Shown here in pieces: positions 10,805 through 21,006 of a stretch of 64,000 nt of DNA. Source of the DNA: Candidatus Brocadiia bacterium. Its GTDB lineage: Bacteria > Planctomycetota > Brocadiia > SM23-32. The translations under genes were made by a program, and so were the position numbers. Each line of letters opens with the position of its first letter. Positions within the stretch are counted from its first letter, which is position 1. The stretch is from positions 1-64,000 of the forward strand of contig JBKHIT010000012.1 in the NCBI GenBank assembly GCA_046538485.1, in the 5' to 3' direction. The notes beneath the pieces were generated by a model. That model was not told the DNA's origin, searched no databases, and worked only from the letters and a program-made list of their open reading frames with translations.

Positions 10805-10977
10805 CAGTTGAAGGGAAGACGAGAGAGATATCAGAGGTAAGTAACGCTCCGACGGCCATTCGCCGTAAGAACGGACCGAAGGGAACAACTACCGGCTCGC
10901 TTCTCCTTTCCTCGCTGCCACTGACCTCTGACGTCTGAGATCTGATATGGTGTTCGCCGTCGCTTTCATCTGTGTTC

Positions 10978-12669
10978 TTATCGCTGTCCTCTATCTTCTA
11001 CCCATTCCGCGTACGCAGGATTTCTGTAAATATAAACATTCCTCTCGGGATCGTGGTAAATTACCGTCCAGCTGTTTTTTTGCACGTATCTCTCCATCCA
11101 GGTGACGCCGGATCCGAGCAGTCGGAACGTTGTAAAATCTGTCTCACGACATGTCTGCATTTCCGCCAGAATGTGGGGATCTGAGCCTACCCGCATCAGG
11201 CCAATTCGTTCTTCCTCGCAATCGAACCGCTGATCTGCCTGCTTCCCCAACTGAAATCTCAGGCCCACCTGAACATCACCGATTTCTATCAGCCTCCCCT
11301 TCCCCAAGTTCGCCTCAAACCATCCCGCCTGACATCGAACATTCCCGAACCGGCTCACCGCTGGATCGATGGCAAGATATCCGACCACCGCCGTCCCATC
11401 ACCACCCGACGCTCCCTCTTCCTGCTGGAGGAATATCGAGAAACCTTCTTTATCAATTGAACAAAGCCGTGACAGCACGAGAGACTTTTTATCGAACGCC
11501 TGAATACTGGTGAAAACGATCGGTCTTTCCTCAAATTGACGACCAAATTCCACTCGTTGAGCCGAATTTAATTCGTCCGCGTCAATTTCAATCAAGTCGG
11601 CGGCCAACACAAGATTCCCATCGATTGTCTGCTGACCCCGTTCAATTGCCAGCCATCGAACGTCTTCCCATGTATGCCCTCCGTCAAAGTGTGCGCATTC
11701 GAGGAAACATACCTCAAAGCCAGACGTCGAAACGTTGCGGAGCCGTAGCGCTCCCGGTTGCCTCCCATGGAAACTCGGTGCGGAAGTCACCACAACGGGG
11801 CTGTCGCTGAATTCTTCCTGAAACTGTATCGCTCTCCACCTGTGATTCACTTTCGCCGTCCCGCTTTCTACCAGAATATCGGGCAGAGACACTTCACGCG
11901 TAGCTTCACCTTTCCCGCTGCCGTTATCCAGGTCAATGATCTCTTTTTGCATTATTGCGTATTTTACTTCCCGGAGATCTGAGGACATTCTCGGCGCCGT
12001 CCACCTGGCACTAAAAACCGGCAGATACTCCATACCTGCGTAATAAACCGGCTGGGAATCGTCGGAGAACACAAAACCATCGTAGTCCGGATCGTAGCGT
12101 TTGAGCCATTGACCGGCACGTTTTTCGTGAATGCGGTGAGCACGAACCGGCTTGTCCAGCATATCGACGAGATTCCCGCCGACCAGCATAAAAAGAATCA
12201 GACCCATAAATAGCTCTTTACGCATGTTCTTCAACGAAAAGTAGAGAATCACTGACAAGACAACGAGTAACCATGGGAGAACTGGATGGTAGCAGCTTTC
12301 AGGAATCACCGAGCCGCCCAATTCAGACATCCCAATGATAACCACAATAACGACAAACAAGCCCATAAAAGGCCATTCCCGCGTGTCTTTCAACAGTTGA
12401 TAAAGACCCGTTGCCGAGACAACAATAAGCAACGGGAAGACCGGTTGGTAATAGCGTTCAGAAATGGCCGTCCCCCCTGACAAAGACATTCCAGAAACGA
12501 CCAGGAAATAGGCGATGGGCACCACAAACAGAATAGCGAACAAACGGCCTTTTCCGCGCACGCATCGGGGCCAGCGCAAAAAACAGTACGCGCACCCTAT
12601 CACCCCCGGGACGTTCAGCATGTCCACTATTCGGTCGACATGGCAGAGAAGGTTATCCACAATATTCAT
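10978..12669 (-). CDS. Membrane protein: C-terminal half of a GT-C enzyme plus H-type-lectin-like repeats
   Basis: TM region with ERYYQP motif; repeats F-x3-PVVVT...LRLRNVSTSGF...EDVRWLAIERG. Confidence 0.6.
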   Translation of the reverse strand: MNIVDNLLCHVDRIVDMLNVPGVIGCAYCFLRWPRCVRGKGRLFAILFVVPIAYFLVVSGMSLSGGTAISERYYQPVFPLLIVVSATGLYQLLKDTREWPFMGLFVVIVVIIGMSELGGSVIPESCYHPVLPWLLVVLSVILYFSLKNMRKELFMGLILFMLVGGNLVDMLDKPVRAHRIHEKRAGQWLKRYDPDYDGFVFSDDSQPVYYAGMEYLPVFSARWTAPRMSSDLREVKYAIMQKEIIDLDNGSGKGEATREVSLPDILVESGTAKVNHRWRAIQFQEEFSDSPVVVTSAPSFHGRQPGALRLRNVSTSGFEVCFLECAHFDGGHTWEDVRWLAIERGQQTIDGNLVLAADLIEIDADELNSAQRVEFGRQFEERPIVFTSIQAFDKKSLVLSRLCSIDKEGFSIFLQQEEGASGGDGTAVVGYLAIDPAVSRFGNVRCQAGWFEANLGKGRLIEIGDVQVGLRFQLGKQADQRFDCEEERIGLMRVGSDPHILAEMQTCRETDFTTFRLLGSGVTWMERYVQKNSWTVIYHDPERNVYIYRNPAYAEWVEDRGQR

Positions 12670-13547
12670 GGTCCCGCCCTGTTCTCGATACGTTTCTCAA
12701 TGAACTCGCCCGCCTTCGCTTCTCTGGAGATCTGCCACTGGTTAACAAGCCAAAGGCCGCTTTCTTTCCTCATCCATAAAATGTAGGGGATTTCCAGCGC
12801 AAGAAAGACGGTGCTCATGACCGCACAGAGGGCTATTCTCTTTTTCCAATTGATTGAACCGGCCAAAAAAAGGATAACAAGTCCGCATCCGATTGCCGCA
12901 ACAATTGCCTCAACCCTCGTGGCGAAAGCCAGGAACAAAATCGCCCCTGCCAGAGCGACGCTCAAATATTTTCTGTCTTCCTCCTGGATCACCCGCAAGA
13001 CGAGATACAGTGCAAACGCAATTAAGAAAGCGACCAAGACCTCGCGATACACCGACGCAGAGGCCCGCGCGAATTCGGAGTGGACAGCCAAAAACAATGC
13101 CGCCATAAGACCGATCCCTTCTTTCTCGAGCAGTCGTCTGGCAATCGCATAGCCGAGCGGGACGAGCCCTACTCCGGCGGCCGCTGAGACAAGTCGCAGT
13201 GAAAGCACCGCATCCCCGGTCACGTGCAGCAAAATGCTTCCGAGGAAAGGGAAAAAAAACAGGTGCGGATTGAGCGGATAGTAAGGCCACAAAAAATCAC
13301 CCCGCATACCGGCCAGGAGCCCATCGGACGCCATCTTCCTGGCCGTTTCCGCGTAACGCCATGCATCCGAGTTAATGCCCTGCGCCGTGAACACAAGGTA
13401 GAGGCGCAAACCGGCGGCGAGCGCTACGATTACCCAGAGCGCATAGCGCGCGGTTAGGATTGATCCCTGGTTGTCATTCTGTTCCTCAGGCATAATTTCC
13501 GATACGAGCTCGGTATCCCTTTTCTTGTCAGCCCGGTCCGGTTCCAT
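12666..13547 (-). CDS. Glycosyltransferase family 39 (ArnT/PMT-like), N-terminal half
   Basis: GLRLY...INSDAWRY, LRLVSAAAG, ASVYREVL, FATRVE; ATGA overlap with the next ORF. Confidence 0.8.
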   Translation of the reverse strand: MEPDRADKKRDTELVSEIMPEEQNDNQGSILTARYALWVIVALAAGLRLYLVFTAQGINSDAWRYAETARKMASDGLLAGMRGDFLWPYYPLNPHLFFFPFLGSILLHVTGDAVLSLRLVSAAAGVGLVPLGYAIARRLLEKEGIGLMAALFLAVHSEFARASASVYREVLVAFLIAFALYLVLRVIQEEDRKYLSVALAGAILFLAFATRVEAIVAAIGCGLVILFLAGSINWKKRIALCAVMSTVFLALEIPYILWMRKESGLWLVNQWQISREAKAGEFIEKRIENRAGP

Positions 13548-13702
13548 TTGTAATCTTTCTCAGCCCGCAAAGTTAGCTATTTAATAAAGATACAACACGC
13601 CCGGAGCTATAGTAAAGCCAAAACGATAGCGCCTTTTTTCCGGAACTATTTAACTGTTCATCCCCAGACCATTTGTGCTCCCTCCCAGAATTGTGGAGAA
13701 TA

Positions 13703-15319
13703 ATGAGGGTTTCTGGCAAGCTGACAACAACGATGACAACAATGAGAAGAAAAGATTCAACCCAAAAAACTCTTGAAAGCGGTGAAGTGTTTCCTCTCCG
13801 GAAACTATTTGTGCCCCTTTTGCTGATCGTTACGTTCCTCTACGCGCTCGCCTTAAACGATAAATGGCGGTTTCAGCGTGATAGCGCCGTTTACATGGGT
13901 TTAGGACGTTCGATCCTGGAAGGCAGGGGCTACACTTTTAACTACGCGCCACATACCATGTACCCTCCGGGACTGCCGGTGATGGTGGCGGGAACGGGTG
14001 CTATTTTTGGTATTCCAGACGAACTTTCCGACAGTTTTCTTGCGTATAATTTGCTCATAACACTCCTGGGATTGGGGTGTATCCCACTTTTTTACCTGAT
14101 CCTGCGCGAACTCAATTTGCCTCCTCCGGTTATGGCAATTGCGTTTTTGTTCTTATGCTTTTCACGAACGCTTTATTATTATTCCGTTCACATTATGTCA
14201 GACGTACCTTTCACCTTTTTTGCCCTTGCGGCACTTCTATTAGGACTCCTAATGCTACGATGGGAAGGCTGGAAATCCTGGGCCGCGTGCGCGGGGGCAG
14301 CACTCATGATCGCAATTGCAAGCAACATACGCCCTGTGGGACCTCTTCTGCTTCCGGCGGTGCTGGGGGGACTCTGGCTGCACCGGAAAGCCTTCGGAAA
14401 ATGGAAAGGAAATCTGGGGAAAAGCGTCATTTTATTTGTTCTCCCTGCTGTTCCCCTCATACTCTTCATATTCTGGGCCGATTCGGCAAGACCGGGGGGC
14501 TGGAAACATTATTTCCACGCAAAGTTGAACGTGGGTCGATTCGCGTGCTTTTTTAGACACTTTTTGGGACAATTTGGTAACAACCTCAGGGCTCTAAACG
14601 ATACACTTATGGGAACGGACATCGCCCGGATAGTCGGTCTCATATTGGCTTTGATTATGTTGGTCGGGTTGATCAGAGCATTCAAAAATGGTGAACGACA
14701 ACTCAGTTTGTTCGCCCTTCTGCTAATGGCAGCTATATGGGCCGGGGGTTGGAGCCTGGGGCGACGCTATCTTCTGCCGGCAATTCCAGTTATGTATTAT
14801 TGGCTGGCTTCGGGCGGGACGGCCATCGGGGAATTCCTGAAAAAACGATGGGCTTTCTGGACTCCGTCGAGAACTCGGCGACTCGCTTATATCACCATTG
14901 GATTGGTTGTGACGGTGAATCTGGTGCGTATCGGCGATGTAATCATCGAACAACGCGGGCAATTCTACTCGGATATTGAGGAGGGGAAACTGGCCAGCTA
15001 CAAACCGGTCTTTGCCTGGCTGAGAAAAAATGGATCCGGCAAAGAAACAGTCGTCGGTGGTTACGAACGTACAATCATCCACTATTTTACCCGCGTCAAA
15101 AGCAGGTACTTGAAACGCAACACCCGACATTTTACCGAAGCACAGGCTTTGCGATGGCTGAGAAGCGTTGACTTTCTGGTAGAAGACCAAACACAACCCG
15201 AAAGCACCGGCGGTCAGAAAATTCTCACCAACGACAGCCCGGTAATACTGCGACAAATCGATGTCGGCGGTACAGAACAGGTAAAGTTGCTTCGCGTGGT
15301 GTTCACGAATTCTCCCTGA
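13703..15319 (+). CDS. Glycosyltransferase family 39 (ArnT/PMT-like GT-C)
   Basis: DSAVYMGLGRSILEGRGY, YPPGLP, IMSDVPF, RRYLLP; GGAG RBS before ATG 13703. Confidence 0.8.
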   Translation: MRVSGKLTTTMTTMRRKDSTQKTLESGEVFPLRKLFVPLLLIVTFLYALALNDKWRFQRDSAVYMGLGRSILEGRGYTFNYAPHTMYPPGLPVMVAGTGAIFGIPDELSDSFLAYNLLITLLGLGCIPLFYLILRELNLPPPVMAIAFLFLCFSRTLYYYSVHIMSDVPFTFFALAALLLGLLMLRWEGWKSWAACAGAALMIAIASNIRPVGPLLLPAVLGGLWLHRKAFGKWKGNLGKSVILFVLPAVPLILFIFWADSARPGGWKHYFHAKLNVGRFACFFRHFLGQFGNNLRALNDTLMGTDIARIVGLILALIMLVGLIRAFKNGERQLSLFALLLMAAIWAGGWSLGRRYLLPAIPVMYYWLASGGTAIGEFLKKRWAFWTPSRTRRLAYITIGLVVTVNLVRIGDVIIEQRGQFYSDIEEGKLASYKPVFAWLRKNGSGKETVVGGYERTIIHYFTRVKSRYLKRNTRHFTEAQALRWLRSVDFLVEDQTQPESTGGQKILTNDSPVILRQIDVGGTEQVKLLRVVFTNSP

Positions 15320-15374
15320 ACAGTTTCTTCCTTCCGAATTCCGTCTTACTGCTTCTGAAAAATTTTCGATTGGT

Positions 15375-16922
15375 ATGAACAAAGGGCTGTACAGACTATG
15401 GTTGCGGATCGTATTTGGCACAGAGAATTTGCCACGTTCCGAGAATGGTCAAACTCCCGGATGCCATCAGTATTGGTACTACGCATCATCCCTGGCAATT
15501 CTCGTCGGCCTTTTGCTGCGACTTATACATTATCTCCGCAATTGTTCCCTGTGGCTCGACGAATCAAAACTCGCCTTAAATCTTGTTTGGCAACCATTTA
15601 TGCGTTTGCTCGGACCGTTGGCCTACCATCAGAGCGCGCCCGTAGGCTTTCTATGGACCGAAAAGGTTATCGTCAAATTATTGGGCGGGTCGGAACTGGC
15701 CCTTCGTCTGATTCCGTTTTTAGCCGGAGTTGCAAGCTTGCTCCTGATCGGGAAACTCGCAATAAAATACTGCGGTCCCCGAGCCAGTTTCTTTGCAATT
15801 TCTTTGTTCGCCATCGTACCATCCCTGATCAACTATTCAGCGGAAGTTAAACAGTATTCGACGGACGTCTTGGTGAGCATACTCATCCTGTTATCGTACG
15901 AAAGACTGATCAAGAAAACTCCCTTTTGGGCCTCACGAATTTATCCGCTTCTCCTGGGATGCGCCGCCATTTTCTTTTCACACCCGGCGGTATTCATGCT
16001 GGCCGGGTTGGGTCTCGCTGCTCTTCTGTATCATACTGAACGAAAAAACTGGCGCGCCTGCGCAGAAATGTGCGGCATCGGGTTGATTTGGATTGTACTT
16101 ATTGGTCTTAACTACTGGCTATTCCTCAAAAGGTTTACACACAGACAGGATTTGCTCGATTACTGGGGCGAAGGATTCCCCGCCTTTAAATCCGTCCCTG
16201 CGACGGCGGAGTGGATCAGATCAAGTCTTACAGATGTTTTTGAACGAACAATGGACCTGGATCTTGCTTTCGCAAGCGTGCTCGTATTTCTGATCGGGAC
16301 TTACCGGGGGATAAAAGACAGCAAAAGATCTCGCGCTGCGGCTCTTCTTCTGCCCTGGTTCTTCTGTCTTATAGCTGCTTCAATGCATCTTTATCCCTTC
16401 AAAGGCCGGCTTATTCTCTTTCTCATTCCATCGGTTGTAATATTCACAGGGAAAGGGCTGGCAGTCATGCTACCGGGGGGCAAAAATAAGATTCTCACAG
16501 CTGCAGGGATTATAGCTATATGTCTGGTTTACGGAGGCGCAATTGGAACGATGCTTGACGATGGCATCGATGGCGCAGAGGATGAAATGCTGCGACCTGT
16601 TTTCCGGCACATTTCACAAAACGATACCGGAGAAGATATTCTCTATCTGTATCCCTACTGCTCTCCGCAGTTCAGATACTATGAAACCGTATATAATTTT
16701 GGCGTTGAGGCAGAAATGATCATCCCCAGGAAAAGCGCCCGCCACCGGCAACGATTGAGAAAATATCTGCGGGATAATAAACGTGTCTGGGTCGTATATC
16801 CAGACGATCGTGAAGATATGCGACCAATTGTGGAAAAAGCACATCAAGGAGCGGGAAATATGCACCACCATTTCCAGGCCGGAAATAGCGGAACTTATCT
16901 CCTGGTTCCTCAGCAAAACTAA
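15375..16922 (+). CDS. GT-C fold membrane glycosyltransferase (GT39-like)
   Basis: SLWLDE, SELALRL, YSAEVKQYS, YPFKGR motifs. Confidence 0.8.
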   Translation: MNKGLYRLWLRIVFGTENLPRSENGQTPGCHQYWYYASSLAILVGLLLRLIHYLRNCSLWLDESKLALNLVWQPFMRLLGPLAYHQSAPVGFLWTEKVIVKLLGGSELALRLIPFLAGVASLLLIGKLAIKYCGPRASFFAISLFAIVPSLINYSAEVKQYSTDVLVSILILLSYERLIKKTPFWASRIYPLLLGCAAIFFSHPAVFMLAGLGLAALLYHTERKNWRACAEMCGIGLIWIVLIGLNYWLFLKRFTHRQDLLDYWGEGFPAFKSVPATAEWIRSSLTDVFERTMDLDLAFASVLVFLIGTYRGIKDSKRSRAAALLLPWFFCLIAASMHLYPFKGRLILFLIPSVVIFTGKGLAVMLPGGKNKILTAAGIIAICLVYGGAIGTMLDDGIDGAEDEMLRPVFRHISQNDTGEDILYLYPYCSPQFRYYETVYNFGVEAEMIIPRKSARHRQRLRKYLRDNKRVWVVYPDDREDMRPIVEKAHQGAGNMHHHFQAGNSGTYLLVPQQN

Positions 16923-17091
16923 ACTCAACCTCCCGGCGTATCTCCCATCTGGATCCTTAACCCACGAAATTCCACTGTAAAATAGTTGCAATTAAAATTA
17001 TTGTGTCATGCGCTTGGCGCAGAGCTAAAATTGGCGGAATCTTTCGTGGAACGAAAATGAATTGGAAGCCCTGAGGCGTTGCCCGTGAGCG

Positions 17092-17362
17092 GAGTTTCTG
17101 GGGAAAGTTTCGACCAAACGACTCAGACATCTTTACGCGGAGTCCACGGCAACGGTAATGCCGAATGTGCCGGCGCAACCCGAGACGGATGTCGAAGGGG
17201 TCGGAATGATGGCCATGCGCCGAAGCTTCTTCTTTCTGAACCTTGTCGGCAAACTGTTGATGGTCGGCGGGGGCATTGCTTTTTTACGTCTTCCTGACCC
17301 ATCTTGCGTCGCCAAAACGGGCCTTCGCAACTGTGCTGCTGTCGGATCTTCTCTGGCGGTAG
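17092..17362 (+). pseudogene. Chimeric relic: GT4 fragment fused to a GT-C-like membrane fragment
   Basis: EFLGKVSTKRLRHLYAESTATVMPNVP...DVEGVGMMAM, then RSFFFLNLVGKLLMVGGGIAF/YVFLTHL; no start codon. Confidence 0.5.
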
Positions 17363-17373
17363 AGGCGCCCCTC

Positions 17374-18516
17374 CTACGTCTTGAGTTCCGAGTGTCTTTT
17401 CGTCCCATTGCTGGGTGCGATGTTCCGACAAATCCGCAGCAATTTCCGGGCGCATCGCCTCCACGAGAACGTGCGAGCTCGCTTTGGCGACTCTTCAGCA
17501 AGCTTTTCATATTCTGTACGGTCTTGAACCAGCCTGTCGACGCCATTCGATATCGCGTCTACATCCAGCGGGTCTACAAGAATCCCGGCTGAGCCTACTA
17601 CCTCAGGAAAGCTGGAGGTATTGGCCGTCAGGACGGGAGTGCCACATGCCATGGATTCAATAGTCGGGAGACCAAATCCTTCAAGCAAGGAAATGAATGT
17701 CAATGCTTTTGCCCCCTTATAAAGCCCGGGCAAATCCGAAGCGGGGACATATCCCAGAAATACAACCCGGTCCGACACCCCCAATTTTCGGGCATACTCG
17801 GGAAGAGGAGGAGAGGTCCGGCTATCTTCACGACCGGCAATCGCCAGCTTGTAACCCGCCTGCCCGGCTTCAGATTGAGCAAATGCCGCGATCAACCGGT
17901 GCAGGTTTTTGCGCGGTGCCTGATCGCCAACATACAGAAAATAATCTTCGAGACCGTACTTCCCGACAATATCCCCGGCAGAGACATCTGTATGAAAGAC
18001 ATCCGGGTCATACCCCAGGTAAACCGTCTGCACCTTGTTGCCCTGTGCCGCAAAATTCTGCAGGATGTCCTGTCGAGTGAACTCCGACAAAGCAACAACT
18101 GTTTCGCTCGCGTCAATGATTCGCGGCAAGGCGTGCAGATAATAAGGTTTAACCCACCATTTCATCCTGGAAAAATGCAAAGGAATCAGGTCGTGCACAA
18201 CCGTCACCTGCGGTGCCGGAGGGCGCACCAGTCCATGCATGGGGGAGGTGCTCACGCAAACATCGACCCCTCGCTGTCGCATAAAGTGTGGCAAAAGCAT
18301 GTGATTTCCGATTACTCGTAAAACATTGGTGAAAATTCCCTTTCCCTCCGGCACAGGCACTTTCACAAGGTTTTCGTTCACGGATGAACTGCAATTCGAG
18401 ACGAAAACGTCGACATCGACTCCAAATTCTATCAGCCGGCGCAGAACATTTCTCGTATAGACTCCCAATCCCGTGGGATGAGACATCATTGCAATCGCGT
18501 TGAATCCTATTTTCAT
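17374..18516 (-). CDS. Glycosyltransferase family 4 (MtfB/WbpY-like)
   Basis: VVHDLIP, YVGDQAPRKN, SLLEGFGLPTIESMACGTPV. Confidence 0.92.
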   Translation of the reverse strand: MKIGFNAIAMMSHPTGLGVYTRNVLRRLIEFGVDVDVFVSNCSSSVNENLVKVPVPEGKGIFTNVLRVIGNHMLLPHFMRQRGVDVCVSTSPMHGLVRPPAPQVTVVHDLIPLHFSRMKWWVKPYYLHALPRIIDASETVVALSEFTRQDILQNFAAQGNKVQTVYLGYDPDVFHTDVSAGDIVGKYGLEDYFLYVGDQAPRKNLHRLIAAFAQSEAGQAGYKLAIAGREDSRTSPPLPEYARKLGVSDRVVFLGYVPASDLPGLYKGAKALTFISLLEGFGLPTIESMACGTPVLTANTSSFPEVVGSAGILVDPLDVDAISNGVDRLVQDRTEYEKLAEESPKRARTFSWRRCARKLLRICRNIAPSNGTKRHSELKT

Positions 18517-18588
18517 GGTCTTGAGACCCTGTGTTGGGTGCGAATACGAAATGGTGCTGACAGTTCAGCCGCTGTCCGAGGCCGAACT

Positions 18589-18866
18589 TCATGCTGACGA
18601 TTCCCATACTCTCAGGCCAAACGGACAGATATTGGTCCGGATGTACCGGAAGCTGGGATCCTTCGATTCGATTGCTTCCAACATCTCCCGCTTTTTCGTT
18701 CTGTCGGCCGGGCCGAGAACGGTCACTGATCCGCCATCGCCTCCCGCGCCGTTAACTTTCCAACCAGGAGCTCTGCAAACCACGTATCGGTCCATCCGCC
18801 GTTGTCACAAATCCTGACGGGAGCCACGCTATTCACTCGCCGGGCAGAACTGCACTCTTTTGTCAC
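18589..18866 (-). pseudogene. GHMP sugar kinase (HddA-like) with a large internal deletion
   Basis: N-terminus NSVAPVRICDNGGWTDTWFAE joined out of frame to C-terminus GWKVNGAGGDGGSVTVL...GLRVWE*; GGAGG RBS upstream. Confidence 0.75.
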
Positions 18867-18905
18867 CCATCACCCTCCAGAGATTCAGCTCCCATTGTCT
18901 TCCTT

Positions 18906-20021
18906 TTACAGACGGGTTATGCTCACACTGCAGGTGTTTTCGGACCTGCCGGCGTAAGGGCAACTCCGACAGAACGACACCTCTTCCACGCGGTCTCGAA
19001 TCGTCCGCCTCACCCGCCGGGCACGCCCCCCTTTCCATATCTTTCGGAACGATGTTCCGGAACCGAACTGACCGTATGGCTCGCTCGCCTTAACATCCTG
19101 GCAGCAACTGACAACCGTCCCGTCGACCAGCATTGTTGGAAAGATGAAAGGTTTCTGGCAGATAAAATCGTTGCCAGGTTCCTGGCCCCCGTCTTCATAT
19201 CCGAAGGGATCGTAATCTGTCCCTTCAGGAACCATATTTTTATGAACCTTTTCGGCGTTCTCTACCGGTGATAGTGTTCTCAATGCGAGGAAATCAAAAG
19301 CGTTTTCGCGGGCAAAAGCTTCAAGCTCCGGCAATTCATGCTGGTTGTGTTTCATCACGATATAGCGCATGTGCAGATAGGGCCGTTCTTGCCCCGCCTC
19401 GTGCCGGGCCTCGGCCAATTCTTGCACCCCGGTAAGAATTTTCTCAACATCCGCGCCAACCCTGTAAACTGAATTTGTCTGATCCGTTAATCCGTCAAGC
19501 GCAACGATCAAATGTAGAGGAGGGTTTTCAAGCAACTGATCCCGCACCTCCGGCTCATAGAGCTTCATCCCGTTGGTAGAAATGACCGTATTGACCCCGT
19601 ACTGATGGGCTATTTCAACCGCTCGTCCAAATTCAGGGTGCAACAAGGGTTCGCCCCACGCCCACAGAAACACATCAAGAAGATAGGATCCGACTTCTCG
19701 CATAAGATTTTCAAAAAGGGTCAAATCCATCATTCCACGCTCTCGCTCAAATTCCCCCCTTCCCGCCGGGCAGACCGGACACCGGAGGTTGCAGACATTC
19801 GTCAGTTCCACCTGCATCCGCAACGGCCAGCTCCATGGATCCGAACGCCGCCACAGCAGGTTAAGCCCCGAAGCCATCACATTCAGGCGTTTCCGAAAAG
19901 ACATTTTCCGCACGTGCATCGGCATGAGATCAAACGTGTAATCATATCGTCCCTCCACCAATATGCTCCACGCCAGACGGGGAAAATCGAGCAGGTATTT
20001 CTTGCGAACACTTGATTTCAT
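18906..20021 (-). CDS. Radical SAM / SPASM-domain protein
   Basis: CNLRCPVC, WGEPLLH, STNG, C-terminal CQKP...DGTVVSCC...CRSC. Confidence 0.92.
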   Translation of the reverse strand: MKSSVRKKYLLDFPRLAWSILVEGRYDYTFDLMPMHVRKMSFRKRLNVMASGLNLLWRRSDPWSWPLRMQVELTNVCNLRCPVCPAGRGEFERERGMMDLTLFENLMREVGSYLLDVFLWAWGEPLLHPEFGRAVEIAHQYGVNTVISTNGMKLYEPEVRDQLLENPPLHLIVALDGLTDQTNSVYRVGADVEKILTGVQELAEARHEAGQERPYLHMRYIVMKHNQHELPELEAFARENAFDFLALRTLSPVENAEKVHKNMVPEGTDYDPFGYEDGGQEPGNDFICQKPFIFPTMLVDGTVVSCCQDVKASEPYGQFGSGTSFRKIWKGGRARRVRRTIRDRVEEVSFCRSCPYAGRSENTCSVSITRL

Positions 20022-20983
20022 AGAGTCTTAATCTCTCCCTGTTGTCCCCGGACAAATGCACCGATGATAAAACCGGCCGTATAACAAATCCAGTAGGTCA
20101 CCACCAGCGGCAGGAGCAAAAGAAAGTCAAGTCGGCTCTTCCACCCGGCGTGGCGCAGTCTCCAGCAACTGAGCACCAGCCGACAGGGAACGATCAGGGG
20201 AGCAGCCCAGAGGTGCCGGGCCAAAAAAGCGCCTCTGACTCCCCCGCTGCGGCGCACCATTCCTGAGCCCTTACCCAGATTCCACATGCGCCGAAAAGAA
20301 CCACAGAAAGTCGGGAGGTCAATGTGGGTAACCTTCGCCTCCGGTTCCAGCAGAACGTTCCGCCGTTCCGGGGGCAAATCGTTCATAAGATTCGTCTCTT
20401 CCGCACCGTATACACCCTCAGCGAACCGAGCTCCTGTTTCCCGGGTCAGGAGCCTTGAGACGCACATGTTGGAGCCCAGAGGGCCAGCAGCTTGCACCTG
20501 CCGACCGGGCAAAGCCCGCCCGATCTCCGCATAGACCATCGCGCGAGCCCATCCCTGCGCATACGGTCCCGGCACAGTCCAACCATTCACCAAATTCTCC
20601 TGTGCCTCAAAGCAGGGAGCCGTGAGGCGCCTCAACCAATCGCGGCCAGGAACACAATCTCCATCAATAAATACAAGATAGTCCCCCCGAGCCGCCATGA
20701 TACCCTCATTTCTTGCCCCGCCAGGTCCACGAGCAGACGTGCAATATACAAGCCGAACATCCGGGAAGAAACGGCGAACTATACCCGCAACGTCTCCCCG
20801 ACGCTCCGTCACAACCAGAACCTCCCGCGGCAGCTCGCACTTCTGGTCCCGAAGACCCTCCAGGCAACGGCGCACCAGCCCGGCTTGCTCCCCCACAGCC
20901 GGCACAATCACAGACACATCGGGACCGCCTTCGTCAACAACCCGGCTGACATCAGTGCAGGCGGTTTTTTGAAGTGGTGGCAT
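20018..20983 (-). CDS. Glycosyltransferase family 2 with a C-terminal hydrophobic tail
   Basis: VSVIVP, GPGGARNEG, VFIDGDC. Confidence 0.88.
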   Translation of the reverse strand: MPPLQKTACTDVSRVVDEGGPDVSVIVPAVGEQAGLVRRCLEGLRDQKCELPREVLVVTERRGDVAGIVRRFFPDVRLVYCTSARGPGGARNEGIMAARGDYLVFIDGDCVPGRDWLRRLTAPCFEAQENLVNGWTVPGPYAQGWARAMVYAEIGRALPGRQVQAAGPLGSNMCVSRLLTRETGARFAEGVYGAEETNLMNDLPPERRNVLLEPEAKVTHIDLPTFCGSFRRMWNLGKGSGMVRRSGGVRGAFLARHLWAAPLIVPCRLVLSCWRLRHAGWKSRLDFLLLLPLVVTYWICYTAGFIIGAFVRGQQGEIKTL

Positions 20984-21006
20984 CAGTTTGACTTTCTCTT
21001 TGAGTT

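Noticed and set aside
10885..10900. Possible ops/JUMPstart element upstream of wzz
   Set aside because: GCCGGTAGTT only partly matches GGCGGTAG and lies upstream of the predicted promoter.
17209..17300. MAMRRSFF as a Tat signal peptide
   Set aside because: It arises at the junction of two gene fragments, and the ORF runs antisense into the GT4 gene.
18589..18795. 68-aa ORF as a RiPP precursor for the radical SAM enzyme
   Set aside because: It is the C-terminal remnant of a GHMP kinase.
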